From positions 9,300,001 through 9,364,000 of the forward strand of contig NC_135668.1 of assembly GCF_964188315.1 (NCBI RefSeq): a stretch of DNA of 64,000 nucleotides, in the 5' to 3' direction. Shown one piece after another: positions 35,798 to 48,365 of this stretch (positions are counted from its first letter, which is position 1; the number at the start of each line of letters is the position of its first letter). A model generated the notes under the pieces. It searched no databases, was not told the origin of the DNA, and saw only the letters and a list, made by a program, of their open reading frames with translations. Source of the stretch: Podarcis muralis. Taxonomy: Eukaryota. A program made the translations under genes and the position numbers.

Positions 35798-36933
35798 CTG
35801 CAGAGAAACAATGAGAGGGAGAGGAAACATTGTGAGGAAGCTATGGTGCTGCTACTGCCACCACTCAGAACCACTCCTTTGAGTCATAACCTGGAGAAAG
35901 GTCATAGTGCAGCGGCAGAGAGCCTGCTTTGCATGCAGAAGGTCCCAGGTTCCAAGCTCAGAAGGTGGCCTCTGGGTCGTTATATCAGTTATATTTGCCT
36001 TATAGGATTTCTCAGCTAAGGCCAGTTCTTGAGCCAGGCTTGCTGGGTAGTTAATATTTTCAGAATCTTGTTGGAGCCCTTTAAGATGAGTTGACCAGTC
36101 CAGAACAGTGGAAGGAGGAGGAATGGCCTCATCTAGAATTAACTCATTCAGCTCCCTCTTAGCCCCCTCCTTTTGGGGAAAATAATGTGTGATTTTGCTC
36201 TGTCTCCTTCGGGGTTCTGGGGAGCTGATTAACGAATCTGGCATGATTCCCAGAACTTTGCAGTTCTTTCTAGTAAGTACCATAATAATTATGATTATTT
36301 GTCGGCAGTTTGCAGAAATCAATTATCTCCAAATGTAGTGGCTTTGAATTTATGAGTCCGGTGTCAGTGCCATCCAGCAGAAGGGAGTGTTTTGAAGACT
36401 CTCTGCAGCTGCCACCTGGGCTCGCTCGTCAACAGTTCTGATAATCAAGATGTTTCTCTTCCTTAATTTATAACTAGTATCTTGTAAACTTTGGTTCGAC
36501 CTTGCGTTTGGCACTGCCTAGCAAAGTGCTCAGCCCAGCCCAGCTTCATGCAGCCTCACAGTTTAGGGGAGTTAGAACAATAAAACAATGGGATAAAACA
36601 ATAAATTAAAACAACAAAACAAAGCACTAAAAGGCGTTAAGAAATAAAATGGAAGAGAGGATAAAAACAAATGCTATTGGTTGGTTATAGAGCAGAAACT
36701 TGCCTTACAGTTGGCCTTAGAGCTCAAAACCCTGCTTCAAGCATTCAGCAGCCACCTTCCCCTCTCCTACACAGCAGGTATGAAGGACAAAAAGGGCATT
36801 CAATCCCCAGCATCTCCAGCTAACGAGATCATAGGGCAGTTCCCTATCCCTGATCTAGGCCATACCGTTAATTGCCTAAATATTTATTTTAAGTGGATGG
36901 CTGCTCTTGTTAACAGCTTAGATGTCCAACTTA

Positions 36934-37056
<123 letters not shown>

Positions 37057-37794
37057 TCATTGTTGCTTTCTCCACTGACAACCAGTCCATCCACTAGGCA
37101 GGTCTCCCACCAGCAGTCAAGACTCAAAAGGGAAGAGAGAGTGCTCTCCCGTACTTTGAAAAGAGACCTGTCACCAAACAAGATGACCCAGCTAGGATGT
37201 AAGCAGCCTCCAGGAAAAGACAGGAAGGAAAGCACCTATTTATTGATGGGTGAACAGAGAAAGGATGATCAAGCTAGCATTAATTTGCAGTGCTAATTTT
37301 AAAAAGCTTTTCCCCATTTCTGCATGCCCAAGAACATCGAACACACACTGAAGATGACTAGGACTGCTTGGAAATGGAGAGGACATACTGCCACACTGCC
37401 TTTCCTTATAGTGATAGTGATCAGACACATGGCTTAAAGTCATGGGCGGGAATGGATAAGAGAAGGAAGGGTGATGTGATTCGCAGGCGAGAACTACAGA
37501 AGCAGAAATGTGTGGTACAACATGGAGACCACCACGGGTTATAATATCTGTGCACAGGAGAATAAAACAGCAACTAGGAAATGGGTGGATATGGAGGGGC
37601 TACTGGGATGGGAAATCTGTGGCTTTCCAGATGTTGTCGGACTATAATGCCCATCATCCCACACCGTTGATCAGGCTAGCTGGGGCTGATGGGAGTTGGG
37701 AGTCCAACAACAAGTGGAAGTCATGGATTCCCCTTCTGTGCAGTAGGACCTAGCCCAAAGAACTGAGGAGCACACTGGGGTGGGGCTGGAGAAT

Positions 37795-37812
37795 GAGAGA
37801 GAGAGAGAGAGA
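37795..37812. repeat. (GA)n tract 25 nt into SCAMP5 intron 4 ((TC)n in the pre-mRNA)
   Basis: Seen directly. Confidence 0.9.
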
Positions 37813-37836
37813 CAGAGAAGCTGTGCCTATCACTTA

Positions 37837-38163
<327 letters not shown>

Positions 38164-38719
38164 CTATTTTCAGGTATGATTCAACCACGTGCTGGCAAAT
38201 TCAGGTTACGCAATTAAAGCTGAGTTAGAGGCCTTGCCCAACAAACCCACTTCTCCAAAATGACAGGAACCTAGCCTCCCAAATCTTTTACAAACAAATC
38301 AGTATGAATGTTCTATAAACACACATCGTCTGGAAGTGCCCCATGTCAGGTTTCTCACATTCCCTTTGGGAAAGGCAAGGAAGAGAGACAAAGCAGTAGA
38401 ACAACAACAAAAAGGAACCAAATAAATCTACCCTCTTAACAGTCAACAACTACCTACACTGTTGTTGTTTTAAATTGTTTTTATTAAATATTTTGAGACT
38501 ACCTGATGACTGAGTTGGCCCTTAATAGAAACAGAAACCAGGAACAAAGATGAAGGCTGGGACTGGAAAACTGTTTCATGCTGGCCAAAACCTTTTGTCC
38601 AGATCTGAAGAATTAATACTCTATCTGGACTTGGTTCCACACATATGTCTACAAATAATAACCTAGGATTGCCATATCTCAAAAGGTGTAAATCAAGACA
38701 CAAAAATTGTTGCCTTGGC

Positions 38720-38970
38720 CCAGTATACCTGAAGGAGCATCTCCACCCCCATCATTCAGCCCGGACACTGAGGTCCAGCTCTGAGGGCCTTCTGGAGGTT
38801 CCCTCACTGAGAGATGTGAAGTTACAGGGAACCAGGCAGAGGGCCTTCTCGGTAGTGGCACCTGCCCTGTGGAACGCCCTCCCATCAGATGTCAAGGAAA
38901 TAAACAGCTATCTGACTTTTAGAAGACATCTGAAGGCAGCTCTATTTAGGGAACTTTTTAATGTCTGATG
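38720..38970 (+). mobile_element. L2 LINE 3' fragment
   Basis: GPVYLKEHLHPHHSARTLRSSSEGLL...RAFSVVAPALWNALP. Confidence 0.85.
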
Positions 38971-39461
38971 TCTCTTTTCTTCAGCCATTGTGGCCCTTTT
39001 CTTAAGTAGCAATTAGAAAACAAAATGGCAGACAGACTACTGACACCCCATCACTCCAGTGCTTAAAATCTTGCAGACTGCCCGTATGTTACCAGGCCAA
39101 GGTCAAGTTCTTGTCTTAATTTACAAAACCTTTAACAACTTGAGTCCAGGATGCCTTTTAGGACCACCTGATGCCTTCGATATCCAGGGTCTTTCAGGGT
39201 ATATCTACTGGAGGTCCCCCAAGACTAAGATTGGCAGCTCATATCTGCCAGGAGCCCCACATTCCGCATTGTGAGCCTAATTCTGCCTCTCTGGCCAAAA
39301 AAAATTCTATCAATATTGAAAATAAATTAAAATTTTAAATTCAGATTTGTGGAAAGGGAAATGAAAGAATGGGTCCCTTACTGCTTCTGGTCCATGCTTC
39401 CCCACTTACACCCACTGGAATGCTGGCTTGCCCTTTTAACCCTCCAACCTCTACAACTTAC

Positions 39462-39590
39462 ACATCCAGAGGTAGTAAAGACGTTTGACTGTGGTTCGGT
39501 GTAGGGGTGGGATTTCCTCATCAAAATCCTGGTAAAAGCACGGTTTCAATGGGATGAAATGAGGGAGAGGAGGGAAATTGTTCATTCTTT
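39462..39590 (-). CDS. SCAMP5: SCAMP5 exon 3 (129 nt)
   Basis: cttgcag|AAAGA...ATGT|gtaagt. Encodes (E)[42 protein letters not shown]. Confidence 0.97.
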
Positions 39591-39948
39591 CTGCAAGAAA
39601 AACAAAAGGCAAATTGTTTCTTTTCCATTTCCCTCCGCAAGTAAAATTCAATATTTAAGCAGGGCCGTTTCTGAATGGTTCAACACATTTGTACGCAATG
39701 ATTGTATACAAAAGCTAGGCACAAAATCATGGCTTGCACTAACCATATTAAACAACAATGGCTTAGCAAAAACAAACCATGGTATTGCCATTATGTCTGA
39801 ACCCAGCATATATCTCTGCCACCCTCATAAAACCTTACTGTGAAAATACTATAGGCAAGGGATCGGCATTCTGTGGCTTCCCATAAGTTGCTGAACTAAC
39901 ATTCACATGGTCCTTGGCCACTGACCATGCTGGGGACAATAGGTGTTG

Positions 39949-40205
39949 GAGAAGGAGAAGAAGAAGAGTTTGGATTTGATTTCCCGCATTTCACTCCCCT
40001 TCAGGAGTCTCAAAGCGGCTAACAATCTCCTTTCCCTTCCTCCCCCACAACAAACACTCTGTGAGGTGAGTAGGGCTGAGAGACTTCAAAGAAGTGTGAC
40101 TGGCCCAAGGTCACCCAGCAGCTGCATGTGGAGGAGCGGAGACGCGAACCTGGTCCCCAAGATTACGAGACTACCGCTCTTAACCACTACACCACACTGG
40201 CTCTC
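39949..40205 (-). mobile_element. tRNA/CORE SINE, same family as the 28591 copy
   Basis: Highly similar to 28591-28845 along its full length. Confidence 0.85.
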
Positions 40206-42978
40206 AACAATATATAGAGGGCCAAGTTCCCAACCCCTGTTATAAGCAAAAAGCAGAGATAGAACAGCTTGCCTTGAGTCACTCAGTGATTTCGTATGTT
40301 CAGACTGAGGGACTTCCTGGCATACAGCTGAGACTCTTGATCATTACAGCATTGCAACTTTCAACTAGCCATATTGCAGATCCTCTGAACTTACTTTGTC
40401 CATGAGAATGTGAGTGCAAATGTACAGTAGTTTGAAATGTGGTTCAGAAGTGACTGCATTTTTTATAAAAAGAACTCCCCATTCTGCTCCCAAGGACAGT
40501 TCCATTAATAATTTAAATACTTCTCTTTTGTCTGTCCCCCATCCCCAATGCACACTTTACATACAGATAAAGTTAGCAGCCTCCTATGTACCTGTTCTGT
40601 GACAAAGATAACACAGAAGCTGATGCCCCAGACAGTGGAGGAGCAGAGAGAAGAGGACATTCTAACAAACCATTACTGGTTGTGATGACCAAATTAATTA
40701 TTCAGAATCCCCAGACAATGAGCTGTGACAATTTGTTTTATTATTATTTGTGACAATTTGCTTGAGGTGAACAGGAGCAGTTCAATATGCAATCCTAAGA
40801 ACATTTGCCTGGAGGTGAACCTGTGGAAATAGGATTTATTCCTAAGAAGGGCCTGCCAAAGACAATTTAGCACTTTAGATATAAAATCTAAATGGCACTG
40901 TTTCATGCCATCACCTCCCAGCAGTAAAAATCCAATAATAAATTAAATGAATGACAATGATATCCCAGGTCTGAGTCAACAGCCCTTCTGCCTAATGGCA
41001 GATTTGGCTTAACTTCCAAGAAAATACATTTATGATCAACAGCATAACATATTGATTAGAGGGTAGGGAGGGCAGAGAAATGACAGAGGTCTATAAAACT
41101 GTGTACAGCGAGAGGAACTGTTTCTCCCTCTCTTGGTGCTCTGGGGTTCGTGGGACTGATAACAGCCACAATAATTTAAAAGCTCATTTGGGTGACTTTC
41201 AGGTCAAGGGGGAAGGGCGACTGACATACAGAAAAGGGACCACTAGTATTCCAATGATGGGTACCATTGAGAAGTCTGGAAGCATTCCTTATGCAATAAA
41301 AATCCAGAGTGTATAATTGGGCTGATTTCCGTCTACATCAAGGGTGGGAAACCTCTGGTTCACAGGCTATACCCCTTGGTACTCCTGCCAGGGGTACCAA
41401 TTTGACCTCTCCCACACACAAACACCTGACATTATAGGTGATGTTAGGTGTGGGACTGGTATTCATATGGCTTCGAATGAACAGTTGGGAGCTGAAAATG
41501 AACTCCTGGTGGTTCCTTTGCTGGAGCAAGGCATGCTTCCACTGCCCCTGAATGGAGGAAGGAGGAGGAAGTGATTTCCATTGAAACACTTGCTAATATG
41601 GATAGGCCTTTCTTGTCCATTTTAACGGCATTTCCAATGGAAACTGCTTTCTGCTCCTGAAGCAAGGTTCAACACAGGGCTATTTGAAAGCCCTTTTGCA
41701 AGCAGCCCTTGCTGTAACTCTACATCACTGAGGAATTGTGGGTGGCTTCTGCCCTAGACCATTCTACATATCAGTGACAGCCAATGTAGCATCCCCCAGA
41801 TGTCCTTGGCCTCCGGCTCCCATCAGTCCCAGCTAACATGGTCAATGGCCAAGGATGATGGGGAGTCAACAACAATGGGAAGCGACCACATTGGCTATCC
41901 CTGGCATATACTCATGGCAATCTCCTTATCTGAGTGTGGACTCTTGTGCAGTCAGAACAGCACCATCTACACACAAGAGAGAGGCATCAGCAGACTCAGT
42001 GGAACCCCAAGGTGTGTGGAAGTACAGTACACACAAATCTACAAGAAAAGGGGGGGGGGAATGGAGGAAGAGCCCCATAAGTACGCTCTGTGGGAATGGA
42101 TTGTTGGCTGACTGTTGTGGTGGGGCAGAGGAAGAAGGAAATTGAATATCCTGAAAGAAGGCATGGCCAGCTGGCTGCCTTGAACAACAGGATTCAAGAC
42201 TGCAACAAAATCTGTGTTTCCTGAAATTAACCAAATAAGAGCACAAAACTTATTACCAGTGCCCTACCTGACAGTGCTAAGTATTTGGGGCAACCAGAAC
42301 AAATATAGTCAAAGCAAAAGTTGGCTTTTTAATGGCTGCAAGACTATTAATCTCTAAATACTGGAAATATCTGAAGGGCCACTCTATAGATGCTTAGTAT
42401 GAAAAGCTATTAGTATTGGCAATTTCAGAGAAGATTATCACTTAAGTACGATTATTTGGGAGACAAATCAAAAAAGCCAAATTTTGAACCATTTGGCCAG
42501 GCTCCACTGATTATTGGACGATCCTAGTGGAATACTAGGATGGTTTGCATTCATATGGGGCCAATAATCTCCACTACTTATTCTTTTCAAAGTCCAGATA
42601 TCTTTGATGGGTACAAGAAGTTGTGATTGGAGATTTCTGTGAAGCAACAGACAGGCATCTCTAGACTGGTTCCACTTGTTGCTGTCTATCTTTGGCCATT
42701 GGCAGACCACTGACAGATCAACACTGTGAATTGCTATGAAAGTGGGAGCTCTGTCCATCAAAAGTTGTCGCTGTGTCAAACACAGGCATCTCAGGAGTGC
42801 TGATCTTGTCATCAAGTCTTGACTCACTACAGCCTCCCAGTTCAGGCTGGAACATGGGAATATACAAACTACTGTCCCAGGATAAAAAGTGTTGATAGAA
42901 TCAGGCCTTGCTCAGAGCATCAATTCCTCACACAATGAAAGCTTTTCCTCACACAATGAAATCTTACTGTCATCTTAC

Positions 42979-42985
42979 CTCCCAT
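42979..42985 (-). CDS. SCAMP5: SCAMP5 start: 7 coding nt (ATG GGA G) at the end of exon 2 (exon 42979-43045)
   Basis: gacatcATGGGAG|gtaag, acceptor ttctttcag| at 43046-43047. Gives CDS 7+129+157+102+118+195=708 nt = 235 aa, the same length as recalled human SCAMP5 (ATGGCAG|gt). Confidence 0.85.
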
Positions 42986-44677
42986 GATGTCGCTCAGTCT
43001 TTATTCCACAGATAGACAGAAGAACTTGTCACACCACCAATAAAGCTGAAAGAAATCAGGGAACAGTTATGTGGATAGCATCATTATATAGTTTTGCCAC
43101 CAGATGACACTGGACTTATTTGTATCTGTATGGAGCCACGCACTTCCTGCTTGTTTGAGAGAAACAATCAAGTACTGGGCTAGCTTTATGACTTGTGTGT
43201 GCTCCCAAGACTTCAATGACAACAGATATGATGTTAAAGGAAGAGACTAGGGATAAACATGTCTTTGACATGCAAGCCTTTCCACTTCTGATAGACCAGG
43301 CCTAATCGTGCAATTTGCTTCCTTTGCTGGCTCAAAATCCAAGGGAACATTTGCAGTGGCTTAGCACCACTGGAAACAAAAGCATCACCACCTCAGTAAA
43401 CTTGAGATCAATGTAAATCAGGGTGGATAACTTTTTTCCAGCTGAGAGCCACGTTACTTTCTGGGCAAGCTTCTTAGAGGCACAGGCCAGTGGTGGACAG
43501 GGCCAGACACAAATGTGGGTGGAGAAATGAATGCAAAGTTTATAGTTTGTCCACACACTCCTCTCTAGTCTCCAGACAAACGAGACGTTATTCCAAGGAC
43601 ATATTCCAAGCATGCAAAAACATTTGGGGGGCAAAGGAGGGCCATTAAGGGGTACGGCATGGAGAGAATTCCCAGGGAACCAGATATAGAAGCCTGGAAG
43701 GCCACATTTATTTCCAAACCATTATATAAAGAATAAGGCCTTCTTAGCTATTTTAAGCCTGATGTATTTGCCGCCCTGGGCTCCTTTGGGAGAAACAGGC
43801 ATGGGGAATATACATTTAACGGTGCAATAATAATTGTGCTCATCTTCCTATTCTATCCCAGTCAATTAGAATCCCTTTCCTAAGTGGATAAATTGGAAAG
43901 ATCTGACTGACAGGCAAAACTGTTAGAGGTATCCATAGCCAGCGTCCAGCAGAAGCCTGTGTTGCTAAACAAACCGGATTTAGCCTAAGAAGTTAAAAAT
44001 GGTTCTACAATGTAGGACAGACATACTTAGCCTCTGGCTCTTCCTGAGTAACCTATGAGTGACCTACACTGACCCACACTACTCTCTAATCCACAGATGC
44101 AGACCTGGACAGGAAGAGTCAGAATAGATCTACAAGGACAGCCAGCTTGACTGTAGTAGCACTACAGTCCCAGACTTTGGCTCATGCTTTCTGAAGGATG
44201 TATCCAAAAAATCCAAGCTTCAGCCTTATGACATCCAGATGAAAATACAGCAGAATGCATTGTTCCTCATAGAGGATTATCTCCCTGCTTTCTTGCAGGT
44301 ATTGGTTTGGTGCATTCCCAAGACTTAGAGCAGGTGACTCTATAGCTGCATACACACCATATACTTAAAGCATGTGGCTTCCTCCAGAGAATACTGGGAA
44401 CTGTAGTTTACCCACACAGAGCCACAATGCCTAGCACTTCCTGAACAAACTACGGTTCCCAGGATTCTTTGTTGGAACTATTGTATGTGCTTTAAATGTA
44501 TGGTGCACAGAGACACCTATGCTAAGCTTAGAGTCTTCTGCACAAGGTCTGCACAAACCAGGATTGCAAACCATGGTTTGAATCCTCTTTGCAATCCTAT
44601 TGTTTCATTTGATTCCACTGATACCTCGTCTTTCTTCCAAGGAGCTCAAGGAGGTTACACAGCACTTTCTCCTTCTA

Positions 44678-44902
44678 CAGTGGTACCTCGGGTTAAGTAC
44701 TTAATTAGTTCCGGAGGTCCGTTCTTAACCTGAAACTGTTCTTAACCTGAAGCACCACTTTAGCTATGGGGCCTCCTGCTGCCACCGCGCCGCCGGAGCA
44801 CAATTTCTGTTCTCATCCTGAAGCAAAGTTCTTAACCTGAGGTACTATTTCTGGGTTAGCGGAGTCTGTAACCTGAAGCGTATGTAACATGAGGTACTAC
44901 TG
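44678..44902. mobile_element. Tigger-like MITE family A
   Basis: TA-cagtggtacctcgggttaag...gaggtactactg-TA. Confidence 0.85.
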
Positions 44903-45423
44903 TATCTGTATTCTCACAACAACCCTGTGAAGTAAGCAAGGGTTAAAGACTGGCCAAAGGTTACCCCAAACAGCGTCATGGCTAATCAGCCAATGGACAT
45001 GGTGACAGCTCAGCCCCCACCTCCAATTCTGTGTAGGGACCCTCTATGTCTTGCGGAAAAATTGAGGTGCTGTGACCCCTAAAGGTCCCAGATTGGCCTC
45101 CACTGTCTTACTGCCCAATGGCTCAGCTTGCTCCTCTGTAACATGCGCTTTGGGGAGTGCCAGGTCCTCCTCTGAAGAGGATTCATCCAGTAGGCCGCAT
45201 GACAGTTAACAATAACTTAAGAGGTACACAAATCAATGCCGTTTTGAAAGGTTCGATCCACTATCTTGATTCAAAATAGCATTCAATAGTATTGAAAAAT
45301 GCACCAAAAAACCTGCCCCTTGATCTCAGGAGCCATCATGCCAAATTTGGTGACTACACCTCAAGAGGTGTCTGAATGTATAGAGGACAAACAGAGGGGC
45401 AAACAGCAACTTTCCAAAATATA

Positions 45424-45784
45424 GGTAAAGGTAAAGGTACCCCTGCCTGTACGGGCCAGTCTTGCCAGACTCTAGGGTTGTGCGCTCATCTCACTCTATA
45501 GGCCGGGAGCCAGTGCTGTCCGCAGACACTTCCGGGTCACATGGCCAGCGTGACAAGCTGCATCTGGCGAGCCAGCACAGCACACGGAAACGCCGTTTAC
45601 CTTCCCGCCAGTAAGCGGTCCCTATTTATCTACTTGCACCCGAAGGTGCTTTCGAACTGCTAGGTTGGCAGGCGCTGGGACCGAGCGACGGGAGCGCACC
45701 CCGCCGCGGGGATTCGAACCGCCGACCTTTCGATCGGCAAGTCCTAGGTGCTGAGGCTTTAACCCACAGCGCCACCCGCGTCCC
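45424..45784 (-). mobile_element. Sauria SINE, full length
   Basis: Same subfamily as the 18700 and 20593 copies; TSD (cc)aaaatata. Confidence 0.95.
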
Positions 45785-47334
45785 AAAATATACACCAGAA
45801 GAAAAGAAGATACTGCGGGGGAGAGGGGGATGACAGAACCAAAATATGCAAATCCTGTATTTTATCCATGTATAAGACTCCAAATTAAGAAAACACCCCT
45901 CAGCACTACCCGTGTATAAGATGAGCCCCAACTTTAAACCTAATTTTTTTGCAAAAAAATCTCTGGTACTTATATGTGCTTATCCCATGCTAAATTTTTC
46001 AGAACTGGTTCTCAGATTTGAACTTATACATTACATTGATTAGCATGAAAAACCATCTACAGATCTTTCCGAGAACTAATGTTTCCATTTCATTTATTTA
46101 CTTAAATGTTTTAATGTCACACCCTACTTTGCAATTAACACTTAAAAACTAATGAGAACCATATTAAAGCTAGCACAAAACAATAAGCGAAAACGAAAAC
46201 AAAATTAGCATTAAGTGGCTTTTTTAAAAAGCCAGAGCAAACAAGGTCTTCTCTTGGTGGCAAAAGGATTTTGAATTCAGTGCCAGGGAAGCTTTCTTGG
46301 GGAGAGTGTTCCATAAATGCAACAAGGGAGGCTGTCCCAACCTGATACCAGCCCAGTGTTTTGGACTAGAACCCAAGTGATGTGTCTTTTCTGAAAAATG
46401 TCAAAGTTGCATAGGGGAATTTTCAGTTTGCAGGAAATGATTCTGAGCAGGGGTGGGAACTGAATCTGACCAGTGGGGCAGATCCCCAGGCCACCTTTAG
46501 CAGATGGATTGGGCTGCAGCCCTGTCAATCACCTCCAATCATCTTATTAGGTGACAACTTTAGAGGGACTCACTAACCAACTGATTGGACCCCTTTGAAG
46601 ATGTGCTAATCAGCTTATTTGGGTTGAGAGAATGCATTCAGTGAGGCTTGCTGTAACCCCCAAGCAGCTGATTGGGAGTTACGGTGTGCCCTTTTAACGT
46701 CAGCTTACAGGGGTGATTTGTATCAAAATGCTCTTGCAAATGGACATTTTTCCTCCCCAAACTGGCAGTTGTAAAAATTGTCATGTGCTGAGCAGCACCA
46801 AGAGCAACTCCCATCAGCTGTGCTAGAAAGTTCCCAGTAGGAAACTCCCTATTCCAGCCAATCCCAGCAGGTCTCACAGATGAGTGCTGTCAGTGAGTGC
46901 CAATCACCAAGAAATGAAATACAGGTGTTAAATCAATTCAAAACAAGACATGATCAGGAGGAAAGTTTAAGTGCCCAATTGCTCATTTGCAGCCAAATAT
47001 TTACCTGCCCCACACCCTGCATCACATATGTAAGGTGTGGGGCAGGTGAGTGTGGTTGGGGGGAAATGGCCTGGGGGACCCAACTGTGACCTTTGCTGGG
47101 CCTAATTAAGCCAATAGGTTGGAGGTTCCTCACTGGTGGACGAAGGAATGATCTAATCTAGTATGTTTATTCAAACTGCATTTAATAAACAAAGCTAAAC
47201 ACTTTGAAACTGCCAGGTTTGTCTAATGAGGTATTTTCACTTAGAATCCATTCACTGTAATTAATAAACTTAGGAAATGGGATATTTCCCAAGGAAAAAT
47301 AAAGCACTGTGAAATTTTCTTCCCCGCATCACTA

Positions 47335-47577
47335 CAGTGGTACCTCAGGTTGCATACGCTTCAGGTTATATACGCTTCAGGTTACAGACTCCGCTAACCC
47401 AGAAATAGTACCTCAGGTTAAGAACTTTGCTTCAGGATGAGAACAGAAATTGTGCTCCGGCGGCGCGGCAGCAGCAGGAGGCCCCATTAGCTAAAGTGGT
47501 GCTTCAGGTTAAGAACAGTTTCAGGTTAAGAACAGACCTTTGGAACGAATTAAGTACTTAAACCCGAGGTACCACTG
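47335..47577. mobile_element. Tigger-like MITE family A (opposite orientation)
   Basis: TA-cagtggtacctcagg...cccgaggtaccactg-TA. Confidence 0.85.
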
Positions 47578-47860
47578 TATTAGAACCCATCCCTTGTGAC
47601 CATTAGCCCTGCTTGCTGCAACTGATGGGCGAAGGAATCCAACAACATATAGAGGACACCAGGGTGGGAAAGGCTAGAATAAATACCAAGCCTTGTGCAA
47701 ATGGGCATTTTCAGAATCATAAAATGTGAATGATTCAGGCACAGTTATACAGGCTGCGTAGGAAAGCTGCCTTATAACAAATCAGTGGCAGGTTCCTGTC
47801 CCAAAACATGGATGGCAACAACTCTTAATTGTAAGTGAGGAAGAGATAACTTCCCAGGCT

Positions 47861-48365
47861 TTGTTGTTGTTTAGTCGTTTAGTCGTGTCCGACTCTTCGT
47901 GACCCCATGGACCAGAGCACGCCAGGCACCTCTGTCCTCCACTACCTCCCGCAGTTTGGTCAAACTCATGCTGGTAACCTCAAAAACACTATCCAACCAT
48001 CTTGTCCTCTGTCGCCCCCTTCTCCTTGTGCCCTCCATCTTTCCCAGCATCAGGGTCTTCTCCAGGGAGTCTTCTCTTCTCATGAGGTGGCCAAAGTACT
48101 GGAGCCTCAGCTTCACGATCTGTCCTTCCAGTGAGCACTCAGGGCTGATTTCCTTAAGAATGGATGCGTTTGATCTTCTTGCAGTCCATGGGACTCTCAA
48201 GAGTCTTCTCCAGCACCATAATTCAAAAGCATCAATTCTTCGGCGATCAGCCTTCTTTATGGTCCAGCTCTCACTTCCATACATCACTACTGGGAAAACC
48301 ATGGCTTTAACTATACGGACCTTTGTTGGCAAGGTGATGTCTCTACTTCTCAAGATGCTGTCTAG
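47861..48365 (-). mobile_element. BovB (RTE clade) LINE, 5'-truncated and young, in SCAMP5 intron 1
   Basis: Open 160-codon ORF2 C-terminus (RDITLPTKVRIVKAMVFPVVMYGSESWT...FELWCWRRLLRVPW...GRQRTRWLD), (caa)n tail, 12-bp TSD acttcccaggct. Confidence 0.95.

Noticed and set aside
42979-42985. Gly2 of SCAMP5 as an N-myristoylation site
   Set aside because: MGERMN has an acidic residue at position 3 and no Ser/Thr at position 6, a poor NMT consensus.
43096-43110. CTCF-like gccaccagatgacac near SCAMP5 exon 2
   Set aside because: Mismatch in the high-information GGC core; not supportable without ChIP data.
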